DNA from: Camelus ferus
Lineage: Eukaryota
DNA length: 64,000 nt
Direction of reading: 5' to 3'
Assembly (NCBI RefSeq): GCF_009834535.1
Contig: NC_045713.1
Span: 13,826,001 to 13,890,000, forward strand
Notes under the pieces: generated by a model
What the model saw: only the letters and a program-made list of their open reading frames with translations
Database searches by the model: none
What the model was told of the DNA's origin: nothing
Shown here: piece after piece, positions 26,676 to 40,130 of the stretch
Layout: each line of letters begins with the position of its first letter
Position numbering within the stretch: the first letter of the stretch is position 1
Translations under genes and position numbers: made by a program

Positions 26676-27058
26676 TAGGGTTGCTTGATCTAGCAAATAA
26701 AATTTCATGGCACTTACCCACATTTCAATTTCACATAGCCAATGAAGAACTTTTCAGTACAAGTATATCCCATGCAATATTTGAGATATACTTAAGGAAA
26801 AAAACTTGTTGCTTATCTAGATAAACAAGATTATACTGTATAGCACAGGGAAATATATACAAAATCTTATGGTAGCTCAGAGAAAAAAATGTGACAATGA
26901 ATATATATATGTTCATGTATAACTGAAAAATTGTGCTTTACACTGGAATTTGACACATTGTAAAATGATTATAAGTCAATAAAAAATGTTTAAAAATATT
27001 TGTTGCTTATCTGAATTCAAATATAACTGGGTGTCCTGTAATTTACCTGGGGATCCTA
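26676..27058. mobile_element. MER53-like hAT MITE split by a young L1 insertion
   Basis: Ends tagggttgcttgatctagcaaataaaa and ...aactgggtgtcctgtaatttacctggggatccta, with an internal near-palindrome, fit MER53 as recalled. Confidence 0.7.
26819..26992 (+). mobile_element. 5'-truncated young L1 3' end (camelid-type)
   Basis: aacaagattatactgtatagcacagggaaatatatacaa...gtcaataaaaaatgtttaaaaa, flanked by duplicated ttgttgcttatct (26806-26818 and 27000-27012). Confidence 0.8.
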
Positions 27059-27239
27059 GCGCGGAGTGGGGATCAGGGGATGGATGGGAAGAAGGGGATG
27101 GCACCACCCCGCCTTGATATGCAAGCCTGGAAAATGGGTAGCTGTCTCAGAAGGGTGGGGTGCCCGAGTGGGGAGAAGGCTGTGGTCGCTGCTTTCGTCC
27201 ATCTCGCGCCAACAGGTAGCCCAGAGGACTGTACTGGTT

Positions 27240-27760
27240 TTTCCTGGGAGACTACCAGAATTGTAGTCTCGTCCCGTCCCCCCTCTTATACGTCCCGTGG
27301 TGTCGCCCTAATGGCCCATCGATAACTCTACGCTCGGCCGCGGCCTCTATCGACTCGTTCCGGCTTCGCTTGCCGTCCTGGGCCGCGGGGAAGCGCAGAG
27401 CCGCGTGTAAGGTACGGAGGGCGTGGGACGAGGGCTGGGAAGCAGCTTCCAGTGGCCAGGAGAGCGCGCCCGGGGGAAGCTGGTCCAGTGGGACGGAGTC
27501 AGGGCGATCGGCCGAGCACCGGGGAGCTAGAGGGCCCAGCCAGAGAGCGCCCCCTCCCATCAGGTCCCGCCACCGGCCTGTTACGCATGCGTTCAGGCTT
27601 TCCTCTCCGGCCCGTCTGCCGACCTGCGTACGCACGGCCCGCCCCTGCGGCAGAGCAGCGCCTTGGACGTGACTGCCCCCTACCGGTCGCGAGTAGGATG
27701 GCGTTCCGGGCTGGCTTCGTGGGGCGGGGAACGGAGCGCGCATAGATGCTCAGAGCTGTC
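27240..27760 (+). promoter_or_regulatory. MLST8 CpG-island promoter and non-coding exon 1
   Basis: CpG-rich. ACTACAATTC (ZNF143/THAP11-type) on - at 27258-27267; palindrome ACGCATGCGT (NRF1-like) at 27583-27592; donor AAG|GTACGG at 27411/27412. Confidence 0.7.
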
Positions 27761-27972
27761 ACGCGTGTCCCGTCTCTTAGCCTCAGTTTCCCTATATCTG
27801 AAATGAGAATGATTATGTTTTTCCGCACCGAGTAATCTGTTGTAGTCTATTTAGGACATACAGGGTATTCCCTAAATACTCTTTTCTCTCTCCTCCAGAT
27901 GCTCTAATCTTTGACTCCTGCCGGTCGGACCTCGGGCTCTGTGTAGGCCCGAGTCTTTCAAGCACCTACACC

Positions 27973-30944
27973 ATGAACACGTCTCCAGGCACGGTGGGCA
28001 GTGACCCGGTCATCTTGGCCACTGCCGGCTATGACCACACGGTGCGGTTCTGGCAGGCCCATAGCGGGATCTGTACCCGAACGGTGCAGCATCAGGACTC
28101 TGTATCCTCCGCTGGGGAGATGGGGATGGTGGTGCTGGGCAGGATGTCTGGTGGGAATAACAGCTTGGGCAAAGGCCTGGGGTGGGAAGGATGCAGCATC
28201 TGAGCCAGACGGTGGAGACTTCAAGGGTCCCTGGCCCCAGGGCTTTGTTCATCCTCCTTAACAGACTCAGCAAGTGAATGCTCTGGAAATCACACCAGAC
28301 CGCAGCATGATCGCTGCTGCAGGTACCTATACCTTCGACTCTAACCCCTTATTTCTGATAGGTTGATCTAGGCACACCTAAACTCCAGTTCGGCCTGTGC
28401 CCCTAGGTTACCAGCACATTCGTATGTATGATCTCAACTCCAACAACCCCAACCCTATCATCAGCTACGACGGGGTCAACAAGAACATCGCATCTGTGGG
28501 CTTCCACGAGGATGGCCGCTGGATGTACACGGGTGGGGAGGACTGCACAGCCCGGATCTGGGACCTCAGGTGTGGGGTGCTGGGCAGAAGGGGCCTGCTG
28601 CCAGGTGTGTGAGGGTGAGGGCCAGGCCGAGAGACTGTGTTAGGTCAGGTTCCCATCAAGCAGAGGCTGAGACGGGGTTTTCTGTGCAGGTGATTTATTG
28701 AGGGTAGCAGAGGAAAGCAGGATTGGGCAGGGATGAAGACACACAAAGATGACTATAGCCTCAGCCTGATCCCACAGGGAGCTCTGAGATGAACTACATC
28801 AAAGAGCAAGTCTTGCCTTAAGGCAAGGGGCCACCCTTTATGCCCCTTCTGAGTCAGTCATTGTCTTCAGGCTGCCCCTGGGGAAGGCTGAACCTCCCAT
28901 GAGATAAGACAGCTCCCATCATAGAGGGACAAGGCTTAATGGCCAGGGAAAGGGCACCTGGGGGGGGGCACCAACAGCATCCACTACACATGGAGTATGT
29001 CCTGCACCTCGAAGGTCCCGGAACCTGCAGTGTCAGCGGATCTTCCAGGTGAACGCACCCATTAACTGCGTATGTCTGCACCCCAACCAGGTGAGGGGTA
29101 CACACTGGGGTGGGCACGCTGGAGCTCTGGAGGGCAAGGATCCTGCTCTTCCTCACCCCCCCTGCACCTCAGGCAGAACTCATCGTGGGTGACCAGAGCG
29201 GTGCCATCCACATCTGGGACTTGAAAACTGACCACAACGAGCAGCTGATCCCGGAGCCTGAGGTCTCTATCACATCTGCCCACATCGACCCCGATGCCAG
29301 CTACATGGCAGCGGTCAATAGCACAGTGAGTCCTAGATGGGGGAGGAGGGGTAGTGGGGGCAGCTCAGCACCCAGCTCCTTATCTGTCTCGTTTCCTGAA
29401 GGTGGGCTCATTCCCCTGAAGTCCCTCTGGCCCCTCCCCTTCCCCCACAGTCCTACTTCCCTGTCCTGGGCTCTACCTCTGACCCAGCCACCAAAGCCAG
29501 AAACTTGAGTGTCACTCCTGATGCCACCACTTACTACTTGCCATAGCCCATCCAGCAGTCTAGTCACTTCCATCTCCAGAATCTCACAAGTCTGTCCGTC
29601 TCCCTTTCTCCTCCCTGTCTCCTCCTGATCCAAGTTTCCTTTGTCTCTCCTGACAGCAGTTGCAGCCTCTCTGGCTTCCTTCCCTCCTTTATGACCTTCC
29701 CCTGCTCCTAATCCATTCTCCCTCTGCTACCAGAGCATCGTTCAGTAGTACTAGTCTGAGGATTGTATCCTCCCCCTGCGTTAACTCCCAGATGCCCCAG
29801 GCTCCTTACCAGGGCCTCTGGACACTGTGGTTTGACCCCAGGACTCCTGTCCAGCCTCATTTCCTCCCTTTCACGTCCATTAAATCTCAGTGATCACTTG
29901 TCCCACAGCCTCCCCAGACTGGCCACTTCCAAGCCCTTTTCCTGCTGTTCCCTCTTATCTGGTGCCCTCCACCCATCTTGTTCTTCACATCCTGTTGACC
30001 AGCAGTATCCTTCAGGAAGGTCAGGCATGGCCTTCTGCTCTCAGCCCACCAGGAATGGCCTGTGGTTGGGGCCAGGTCTCCCAGGTGCTCCCTGCAGGCG
30101 GGACCAGATGTGCCTATCATAGGTCCTCTGCCCCTAGATCCACAGTGTTGGATGGCAGCCCCTGGATCTGGGTCTTACCGCTGGGGTGTCCTTCCCCAAG
30201 TGTCATACTGGAGGTTCCAGGCCTCCCGTGATTTCCCTCCGACCCCGCAGGGGAACTGCTATGTCTGGAATTTGACCGGGGGCATTGGCGACGAGGTTAC
30301 ACAGCTCATCCCCAAGACCAAGATCCCAGCGCACACCCGCTATGCCCTGCAGTGCCGCTTCAGCCCGGACTCCACGTGCGTGCAGGGCCTGGGGGGCTGG
30401 GAGCCCTCGGATGACTGCAGGGAGGAAGGGACATGCCTAGGGCTAGGGGCCTGATGTGTTGGGGCCTGCGTGGTGGATGTCAAGGGGGTGCATGATGGGA
30501 GTGGCTGTTGAGGACACCCCTGTCATGCTCACACCCACGCCCAGGCTCCTTGCCACCTGCTCGGCTGACCAGACGTGCAAGATTTGGAGGACGTCCAACT
30601 TCTCCCTGATGACGGAACTGAGCATCAAGAGCAGCAACCCTGGAGAGTCGTCCCGAGGCTGGATGTGGGGCTGTGCCTTCTCAGGGGACTCCCAGTATAT
30701 AGTCACCGGTAAGCCCCGCCCACCCTGCCTCCCCACCCCTGCTGGCCCAGACACTGCTGCTTGGCTGCTTGGGAGCTGGCCTGGCCTGGGGCTGCACCCT
30801 GAGCCTCCACTCTCCCTCCCTGCAGCTTCCTCCGACAATCTGGCCCGACTCTGGTGCGTGGAGACGGGAGAGATCAAGAGAGAGTACGGAGGCCACCAGA
30901 AAGCTGTCGTCTGCTTGGCCTTCAACGACAGCGTGCTGGGCTAG
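27973..30944 (+). CDS. MLST8: Target of rapamycin complex subunit LST8 (WD40), 326 aa
   Basis: Exons 27973-28101, 28271-28322, 28407-28569, 29015-29090, 29173-29325, 30251-30375, 30545-30708, 30826-30944 total 981 nt; [23 protein letters not shown]...LAFNDSVLG*. Confidence 0.98.
28102..28270 (+). other. U12-type (minor spliceosome) GT-AG intron in MLST8
   Basis: 5' site GTATCCTC; branch point TCCTTAAC at 28255-28262, 8 nt before the exon; no polypyrimidine tract. Confidence 0.9.
29500..30050 (+). mobile_element. Degraded L2 in the long MLST8 intron
   Basis: L2-like motifs (gttgcagcctctctggcttcc, ctccttaccagggcct, caggaaggtcaggcatggccttct). Boundaries approximate. Confidence 0.5.
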
Positions 30945-31331
30945 CCTGTGTCACCTTGGGATTGTAGGCAGCCATCCAGGTGGCACCAGCTGGTTGTCTG
31001 TGTTCAGCTGCCCAGGTCAGAGTGAAACCCTATGGGCTGGCCTCTACCATCCCCAGCTGACTGACCTACCCTGGCTCCCTTGGCCAGACTAGACTGGCCA
31101 TGCCAGTCCACTATGGGACTCTCTCAGCCCCAGTTGCTTAATCTGGATGTGACAGAGCTCAGGATCCTACCCTACCCAGCCTGCATTCCCTTTGGAAATT
31201 CTGGACCCACAGAGCCTAGAGCCACTGAGAGGGGTCCACCCACCCCCAGGCCAGCGCCTCCCCCTTTCCCTCCCTGTTCCTGTTCCGTGTCCTGAGGCCA
31301 CAGAGTATACCATCATGGCCAGGTGGAGTGG

Positions 31332-31337
31332 TTTATT
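31332..31337 (-). terminator. Poly(A) signal of BRICD5
   Basis: TTTATT on +, about 85 nt past the BRICD5 stop. Confidence 0.8.
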
Positions 31338-31420
31338 AGCTCCGCCAGCAGTCGCCCTCCACAAGACTGGTGACAGGGCCGGCCAGCTGGCTGGCCTGTG
31401 GGGCCGGTCCAGGCCGGGGC

Positions 31421-32878
<1,458 letters not shown>

Positions 32879-34233
32879 GCTGCAGCCCTGGTGACAATGC
32901 GCTGATTGTCTGATGCCCCTTGGAGTCAGCCTGGGGAAACCTCAGGATGCCTCTGATGAGCCAAACAATTGTCCTGGCCCCCTCCCCTCCTGACCCCACT
33001 GCCTCCTCCCCAGCCCAGCTACCTGATACTCAGGTCAGAGACAGGGCACCTGGGGAGGGCTGCTTGTCTCTGTGCCTGGCTCTCCCAACACCTGGCCTGT
33101 GCACAGGGATCTGGTAGGGCAATGAGTGCATGGCCATGTGGCAGTCAAGTCCGTGGCTGGCATGGAGGGTAGTCCAGGCCTGGCCAAGATGACATTAGAA
33201 AGCCTTGTTGAGGACAGATTTACTTTTTCTTCAAGAAGCCTTTTTCTAGTCTCTTGGGTGACCACTGCATTTCCAGGACTGGGCACGGGGCCTGGCATAT
33301 AGTGAACCATCCACAAGTGCCTGTTTAGTGAATGACTGATCTGGGACTCTGCTGCATCCCTTTCCCCTCTGGGCACCCTGGCTGTTTCCCAGCTCCCAAC
33401 ATAGGATGGGCTGACAGGCATTGCACAGGTGCACGCTAGAGACCAGGATGGCTTCCAGGAGGCCCCACTGGTAAGGGCAGCCTACTGGAACCTCCTGCAT
33501 AGCCCAGCATGGTTAGGTCAGCCTCCAGTCCATCAGCCCCTGCCCTCCTGAGTGTGGCTTTTTGTAACTGAACGGTGCCAGGCATTTACAGCTGCTTGAT
33601 GCTGTGGATTCCAACACTTGGTCCCCGCCCTGGAACTGGCTGCTTTTAGGACCTGCATGTCCTCCACCAGCTTCCCCGTGACCCTCTCCTACTCTGGTTT
33701 TCTTTTGTGCCTTCTTCCTGATTCTTCAGAGTCTGCCTCTCTGCAGTGGGCCTGAGATGGGGTGGAGTTGCTGTGGTCAGCACCCCAACTCTGGAATTGG
33801 AATCCCAGAATGGCCTTCTACTGAGTGTAACCCTCCCACCCCTACCCCCGCCTGCGGCAAGACAGCTGCACCATTTGTGCAGAGCTGCCGTCCAGGTGAA
33901 AGAAAGGAACACCAGAGTCAGCGCGCGTCTGAGAGTTTAATACACCTTTGGGTTCACACAGTGCAACAGGGGTGGAGACAGGGTGCACAGGGCCCCCCAG
34001 GCTGCTGCCCAGCAGAAGAGGTGTCGCTGGCTGCTGCATCTGCCGCGTGCTCCTGGTGTGGGTGACAACGCCCTGACAGGCCTGCTCAATATCCAGACCC
34101 ACCTTGAGCCGACCTCGCAGAGCCAACGTCAGCACCACCAGCCTCACAGGCGCCAGCTGCCCTCGCGCTGCCCGCAGTGGAGTCAGAACACCAGATACTG
34201 ACACTTGGGAGGAGCTGAAGGCTCAGGACACCC

Positions 34234-34239
34234 TTTATT
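34234..34239 (-). terminator. Probable distal poly(A) signal of PGP
   Basis: TTTATT on +, about 1.4 kb past the PGP stop; a proximal candidate at 35644-35649 merges with a T run. Confidence 0.55.
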
Positions 34240-35673
34240 GCTCTGAGAACTCTGAAGGAACACTGTGACTATGGGGCTGGAAGAGAAGCCACAGGCTGTG
34301 GGCAGATGCCACTGGGTGCAGGGTGAGGCGCCAGGAAGAAGTCGGCCAAAAGGAACAGCTTCCCAGGCCCTACCCTACAAGTGCTGCCGGAGAATCTGCA
34401 TGTCAGGCCTATTCTCAAAGGTCAGCAACTCAGGGAACAGGCAGAAAAGGCCACAGATCTGTGCCAAGAACCCTTGGCTAGCTGGTGGAGCCTGCCATTC
34501 CTCCAGCTGGCCACTGACAAGGGACTTTAGGGTCAAGACACGTGACCTCACAGACCACTGGCATATAATACCCACCCCAACCAAGAGAATAGGAAGACAG
34601 GAAGAGAGGTTGGATGCTTTGTAAAAGGACTTCCTGTTTTGAGGGACACTTCTTTCCTCCCTCCACCCAGAGGGAGCCTTGGGTGACAGGCATTTCCTTG
34701 GCCAGCACATGCCTTTAGCTGTACTGCTGGCTGCGGGGCATGGAGACTTCAGTGGGATTTTCCCTATGAGACAGAGCACAGCTATTAATCAACACACTTA
34801 TGATTTAATCTCGCCACTTGACAAAGTTGTTCAGAAGTTTAAAAAAAAATTTTTTTTCTTGTACCAACACTGCTCTGAGCTACCTGCAGCAGCCCAGAGT
34901 TCAACGAAGGCATTCATGCCCTCTTGGCTGCTCAGCCAATATGCTCAGTCCACATCCCCTGGGTGTCTGTGCACATTTGAGAAAGCCAAGGTTTAGTTGG
35001 ACTTGAGTTTACAGAACTGCACAACCGTATGAGGAGTGCCAGCCTTGGGTATCTGAAACGGAACAGATACTCAATTGTGACATCAGAGTGGTTTTTAAGG
35101 AAGTGTGGTATGGTGGTGGTAAGAGCAGCACCCCATACCCCACGGACAGGGAGACACCACCTGGGAGCAGCCCTCTCCCCCATTCCCACCCTGCAGGTGA
35201 GCTGATAGGCAGCAGGCTCCCCTGCTGATGACCACACCGATGGGGCCCTGGGTTGGGCTGTACAAGTTTCTCACAAGAGTCAAAATAATCAGCCCCTCCT
35301 TCCCTTTAATCCCTGAAATTTTCAATAAAATACATGATACTCCTAGACCCACCTCAGTCCCATCAGCAGGCCCTGAGGTTATAAGAATCCTGGACATAGG
35401 CTAAACCCAAGGTCAAGGCCAACTGGCACCTAAGGCCCAGGACCCCCACAATGCCCTCCAAGCTTAAAAGTGCATCTTAAAATATAAGCATTTGTAAACA
35501 AAATCGCCCCCCAAACACTTACTTACAAGGTTAACAACTAGTGCCTTTGCTTAACTCCAAGTATACTCTTTGAAGCCACCTAGCTGAGTGATGCTTATGT
35601 CCCACCTATTAATTTGGGTAAGTGATTTTCAAATTTTTTTTTTTTTATTCTGGAGATTAAAGACACTATATCT

Positions 35674-36738
35674 TTAACCTTGAAGGGCAGGCAAAAGGTC
35701 GGCTATGCTGTCAACATAGAAGTCAGGGACCATTTTCTTCTTAGACATGCAGTCGCTTTCCTGATTACTCTTCACATCCCCTAGAGTGGAGACCCCAGTG
35801 AGGGTCAGGATGGTCTTCAGACCACAGGTGACGCCCAGGAGGATGTCTGTGTCCAAGCGATCACCCACCATGACGGTGCGCTCCGGGTTGATGCCATATT
35901 CCTGGGACACGCAGTCGAAGATGAAGCGGCTGGGCTTCCCTATGATGTCGGCTTGGCGCTGGGCGGCCATCTCCACGGCTCGGACCAGACAGCCCGTACC
36001 TGCGAGGCGGAGAGGGAGGGGAGGAGAGTGCCCGGGGTCAGAGGACGGGAGAGGCTGGCCGCCCGCCCTCCAGCCTTCCGCCCCCAGGGCGCACGGACCC
36101 GCGATGAAGCGGCCGTTCTCCAGTGGGAGCCGGTTGTCCATGTTGGTGCCCACGAGCAGGCAGCTGGGCTGCTGCAGGTAGCGCACGGCCTTGGTGAGCT
36201 TCATGTAGCTGAAGTGCGGGTCGAATCCCACCACCACGGCGCGCACATCGGGCTCGAGCGGTGCGTCCAGCCAGGCGCTGGGGGAGTCGCCCTGCAGAGG
36301 CTCGGGCCCCACGCCCACGCAGGCGACGCCCACGGCCTCCAGCTCCGCGGCCAGGGCCGCGCTGCCCAGCACGTAGGCCTTGGGGGCCGGCGGGCCGGCT
36401 AGGCGCTGGCGCAGGTAGAGCGCGGTGCAGTAGGCCGTGCCGAAGATTTCGCTGCTGGCGCCAGGCCCCGCCGGGCCGCCGAAGCCCAGGCGCCGCAGTT
36501 TCTCGGCGTAGGCCTCGCGGGTCTTGCTGCTATTGTTGGTGATGAAGCCGAGGCGCTTGCCGCGGGCCCGCAGCGCCGTCAGGGCCTCGGGAGCGCCGGG
36601 CACTGCTGTCTCACCGCGCCACAGCACGCCGTCACAGTCAAACAGCACCGTGTCCACGTCGGCCAGCAGCACCTGGGCCCGCTCGGCGCTCAGCCGCACG
36701 CAGCGGGCGTCGTCGCCGCCGGCCTCCGCTTCCGCCAT
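35674..36738 (-). CDS. PGP: Phosphoglycolate / glycerol-3-phosphate phosphatase (HAD family), 321 aa
   Basis: Exons 36099-36738 and 35674-35999 (966 nt). HAD motif [12 protein letters not shown] and MVGDRLDTD are all present. Confidence 0.97.
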   Translation of the reverse strand: MAEAEAGGDDARCVRLSAERAQVLLADVDTVLFDCDGVLWRGETAVPGAPEALTALRARGKRLGFITNNSSKTREAYAEKLRRLGFGGPAGPGASSEIFGTAYCTALYLRQRLAGPPAPKAYVLGSAALAAELEAVGVACVGVGPEPLQGDSPSAWLDAPLEPDVRAVVVGFDPHFSYMKLTKAVRYLQQPSCLLVGTNMDNRLPLENGRFIAGPCALGAEGWRAGGQPLPSSDPGHSPPLPLRLAGTGCLVRAVEMAAQRQADIIGKPSRFIFDCVSQEYGINPERTVMVGDRLDTDILLGVTCGLKTILTLTGVSTLGDVKSNQESDCMSKKKMVPDFYVDSIADLLPALQG

Positions 36739-36759
36739 AGCCGCCTGCCGCTGCCGCCA

Positions 36760-37450
36760 CCGGCTGCAGCCACCGCCCGCCGCCGCCGCCACCGGCCACC
36801 CGCTCCTCGTAGCAGCCGCCCGCCGCTGCGCCCGCCCCGCCCCCGGCGCGCTCATTGGCCCCGCGCCTAGCGCGTGCCGCCCATTGGACATCGCCTGCGC
36901 CAATCCGCCCCCGCCTCCCCCGGGCTGCGGAAGTTCAGCGCCAACCGTCGCGGGCCGACGCGGAGGGGCGGGTGGCCATTGGCTGTCGGGCTCTGGGCGC
37001 CCTGGTGATTGGCTGGCAGGGAGCCAACCGGCATTCTGCGTGGAGCGCTCACTGCGGAAATTCGGCGGAGGAGCCCGAGAGTTGGCGCAGGACGTCGGGC
37101 AGCTGCTCATTAGCGGAAGCGGCGCAGCTCACCCATTGGAGGCTCGTGGTCAGCCTAGGTGACGGAAGCCCTTAATCGAGTGACCCCGGGCTGGGCTAGC
37201 TGCTGACTGGCTGGCTTGTCTCCGATCTTGCGGGCGGGGCTCTCCGTAGGGGCACGGCGGGAGGCGGGGGTCGCTGCCCCTGTTTGGGCCGTAGTCACGT
37301 CCACACTTATGCCGGGGCGGCGCTGGGCGGTGCCCTCTGCCCGGGACACGCTCCGGACGAAGTGTCTGCGCGTGGGCGGGTTACGGCCATTACTGAGATT
37401 CAGCCCAGGGCTCCTTCCCAGCAAGCTTAGCGGTCTCATTTCCAGTCCTT
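36760..37450 (-). promoter_or_regulatory. PGP CpG-island promoter with six CCAAT boxes
   Basis: CCAAT/ATTGG at 36854, 36883, 36900, 36978, 37008, 37135; GC boxes; ETS-like GCGGAAG/CGGAAG motifs. Confidence 0.8.
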
Positions 37451-37593
37451 TTCAAATACTCTTTCCGTGTTCCTTAGTGGTCATGTGAACGAGTAATTGC
37501 AAGGCAGTGGGATTTGGGTCTCAGAGAAGGACACTAGTGTCTAGAACACAGCACTCAATTGGCCGCTATCACTATCATCATTAGGTATTATTA

Positions 37594-38160
37594 ACTTTTA
37601 TTGAGGCAAAACATAAAGTGCATAAATCTTAAGTGTGCAGCTTGGTGGAATTTTTACATACCTATATGCCTGTGTAAACACAATCCAGATCAAGATATAA
37701 ATCTTACCATCATTCCAGGAAGTTCCTTCAAGTCAGTATCCAGTCAATAGCAGATACCTCTCCCCCAACCACTTTTCTGACTCCTGTCACAGAGTGAGTC
37801 ACAGCCTCCTTTGCCTGTTCCAGACCATCTTAACATCAGGATCTCACCCTGGGTACCCCTCTGGGTTTTGCTTCTTTGGATCAACATAATGTCTGTGAAA
37901 TCCATTCTCAGTTTTTATTTGTTTGTTTGTTTAAATTACCTCGTGGGCCATTGTAAGAATATACTCCTGTTTGTCTGTTCTCCAGGTGATGGACATTTGG
38001 GTTGTTTACAGTTTGGGGCTATTGTAAATGATGTCCCTATGAAGCTTCTGGTTCTACACACTCATTTGTGTTTGTAGCCCTCATTTCTCTTGGGGGTAAA
38101 TACTTAGGAGTGGAATTTCCAGTTCATAGAGTAGGTGTGTGTTTATTATTAGTTTCACAG
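37594..38160 (-). mobile_element. Old L1 3' fragment
   Basis: Reverse L1M 3'UTR motifs (ttttattgagg...aatcttaagtgtgcagctt, gatggacatttgggttgtttacagtttggggctattg). Confidence 0.75.
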
Positions 38161-39839
38161 GTGGCAGAACAAGAGATTCCTGAGACCCTATCCTGTGCCA
38201 GGTGATCCAGACCCCCAACTCCTAGTGCGTCAAACCCCTGCTCCTCTCTTGGGCCTCAGGTCTCCAGGAAGTCTACTCTGGACCCCTCTCACCCCTAAAC
38301 CCATAAGATAAAGCCAGTAACCTTAGTTCCTTTAGGGATCTGCTTATTCTTTTGGTCTCAGCTGGGAACTCCTGGAGGGCAGGGGCCATGGCCCAAAAGG
38401 GCAGGGTTTGCAGTGTTCCTGCCTGCTGCAGCCACCTCCAAGGAGGGGAGCACCTTCCCTGCTGTATCTTCCCACTCAGTTTTGTTGGTGGAACTGATCC
38501 TGGGAAGAACTGAATTTGACAGAAGATCACAAATCCTGCTTTACCCACCCAGAAACATTCAGTGTGTGTGGTACACTGGCTAGAATGGGAAACACTGCTC
38601 TGTCCAGACATAGGCTGGCTGGCGCAATACTTGCATGGTTGCCTTGGTTTACTGGGTACTCAGCAAGCATCTAGGCACTGAGCTCTGCTCCTTACCTGCA
38701 TTACCTTGTCAGAATCACAGGACAACCCTGAGAGACAGGGACTATTAGTATCCTCATGTATAGATGAGGAAATTGAGCCACCAACTGGACAATGCAGAGT
38801 TGCAGTTAAATTCAGTTGTGACCCCAAAGCTGAGCTCCGTTTGTTTTAACATCCCCTGTAGGCACAGTGGGAGAGGTAGAACGGCCAGTATCAAGAGAGG
38901 GGATGGCTATGGCCAAGGTCCTGAAGAAGGCTGGAAGGTATGGTGTCCTTTATTGGGAAAAACTGCCCTTGGATGAGGTGCCCTGCATCTGGATGAGAGA
39001 GGAGCATATTAACGATCACAGTGCGTCCCTGACACACAGTAGGTGCTCAGTACAACCTGTGAATGAAGAGTGCCAGGGTCTTCCCAAGTGAGGAAGCTAT
39101 ACCACAAGGGGAATGGGGCTTGGACTTAGGTGGTACAAGGACAGACCCTAATTTTAATAGCATTGCATGGATTTAAACTGCAGTAGAAAATACAAGTAGC
39201 CATTCAATCTGTGTTTTCACAGATGTTATCATTTCTAATGAACTAAGCAAAAAAGGGAGTCATTGAAAAAGGACTGAAGTGGCAAAAAAAATTTGAATGC
39301 AACCTAAATAATCTTCAACATGGGATTGGTTAAATAAATTAAAATACATCCAAGGAATGGAGATTGGGCAGCCATCACAAAGGGCAATGGAGTTCCTGGC
39401 AGGCTCTGGTCACAGGAAGTTCAGTATTGACTGTAAAACACACAGTGTGCAGGTGAAGCCCATGATGAGGGCAGGGTGGGGAAGAAGGCCACTTGGGGGA
39501 AGGGAGGCTTTGGGGAAGGGAGAAAGCCTTCCCCGGCCACTCTGCCTTCAGTGACTTCAGAACCATCCACTCCCATGCCTGCTTGTCTTCCTGGGCTCCA
39601 GCTGAGGCATGGCCCAGAGCTCATTAGGTCAGGATTCCCTTTTCTGACCCCCAGGGAGTATTCAGGCAGGAGCCCTGGCCTGTCAGGGGACAACTCTGTC
39701 CCACAGGCTCTGGAGCACAGAGCAGGGCAGGTGGCCTGTCTCCCCTGGACCAGCTCCTCCTCATGTCCTCATGTCCACCCACACCCAGGCTGTCCTCTTT
39801 TTTTGAAATCCTTCCCCACTCCATCCCTCTGGGGGTCTT

Positions 39840-40130
39840 CTTCTAGCTCTCTGATCCTGGCTTCCCCATTACCCCTCAGCATATCTTCAAGTGAAGTGTC
39901 CTCCCGGTCCTCTTCCCAGATGCCCCCCACATCCTTCATGCTCCACAAGCATACAGTTGCTTCCTCCTCCCATTTGTCTCTCTCAGAGACCATCCATCTT
40001 GGATCTTCCTTTTCTGCCCAGCAGTCAGAGGGATCCTTCTGAAATGCTGACAATCACTCTCTCGGCTTAAACCCCTGCAACGGTGAGCAAGCCCCTTGCA
40101 GAAAGCAGCCCCATTGTTACCCTGGCCTGA
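39840..40130 (+). mobile_element. L2 fragment
   Basis: cagagggatccttctgaaatgctgacaatcactctctcggcttaaacccct matches the L2 3' region. Confidence 0.6.

Noticed and set aside
33842-34204. 120-aa ORF between PGP and BRICD5
   Set aside because: No ATG-based start or family similarity that I can recognise; it lies in the PGP 3' flank / BRICD5 upstream region.
35818-35838. REST/RE1-like motif TTCAGCACCAC...CGCC
   Set aside because: The right half-site (GGACAG) is absent and the sequence is constrained PGP coding DNA.
36739-37110. 124-aa N-terminal extension of PGP suggested by the 478-aa ORF (ATGs at 37110, 36891, 36855)
   Set aside because: The extension runs through the CCAAT/GC-box promoter, and one ATG is part of a CCAATG box. 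The canonical start MAEAEAGG at 36738 matches known PGP. Long open frames are expected in CpG islands.
39769-40053. Acidic 94-aa ORF on the - strand
   Set aside because: It is the antisense reading of a pyrimidine-rich L2 fragment.
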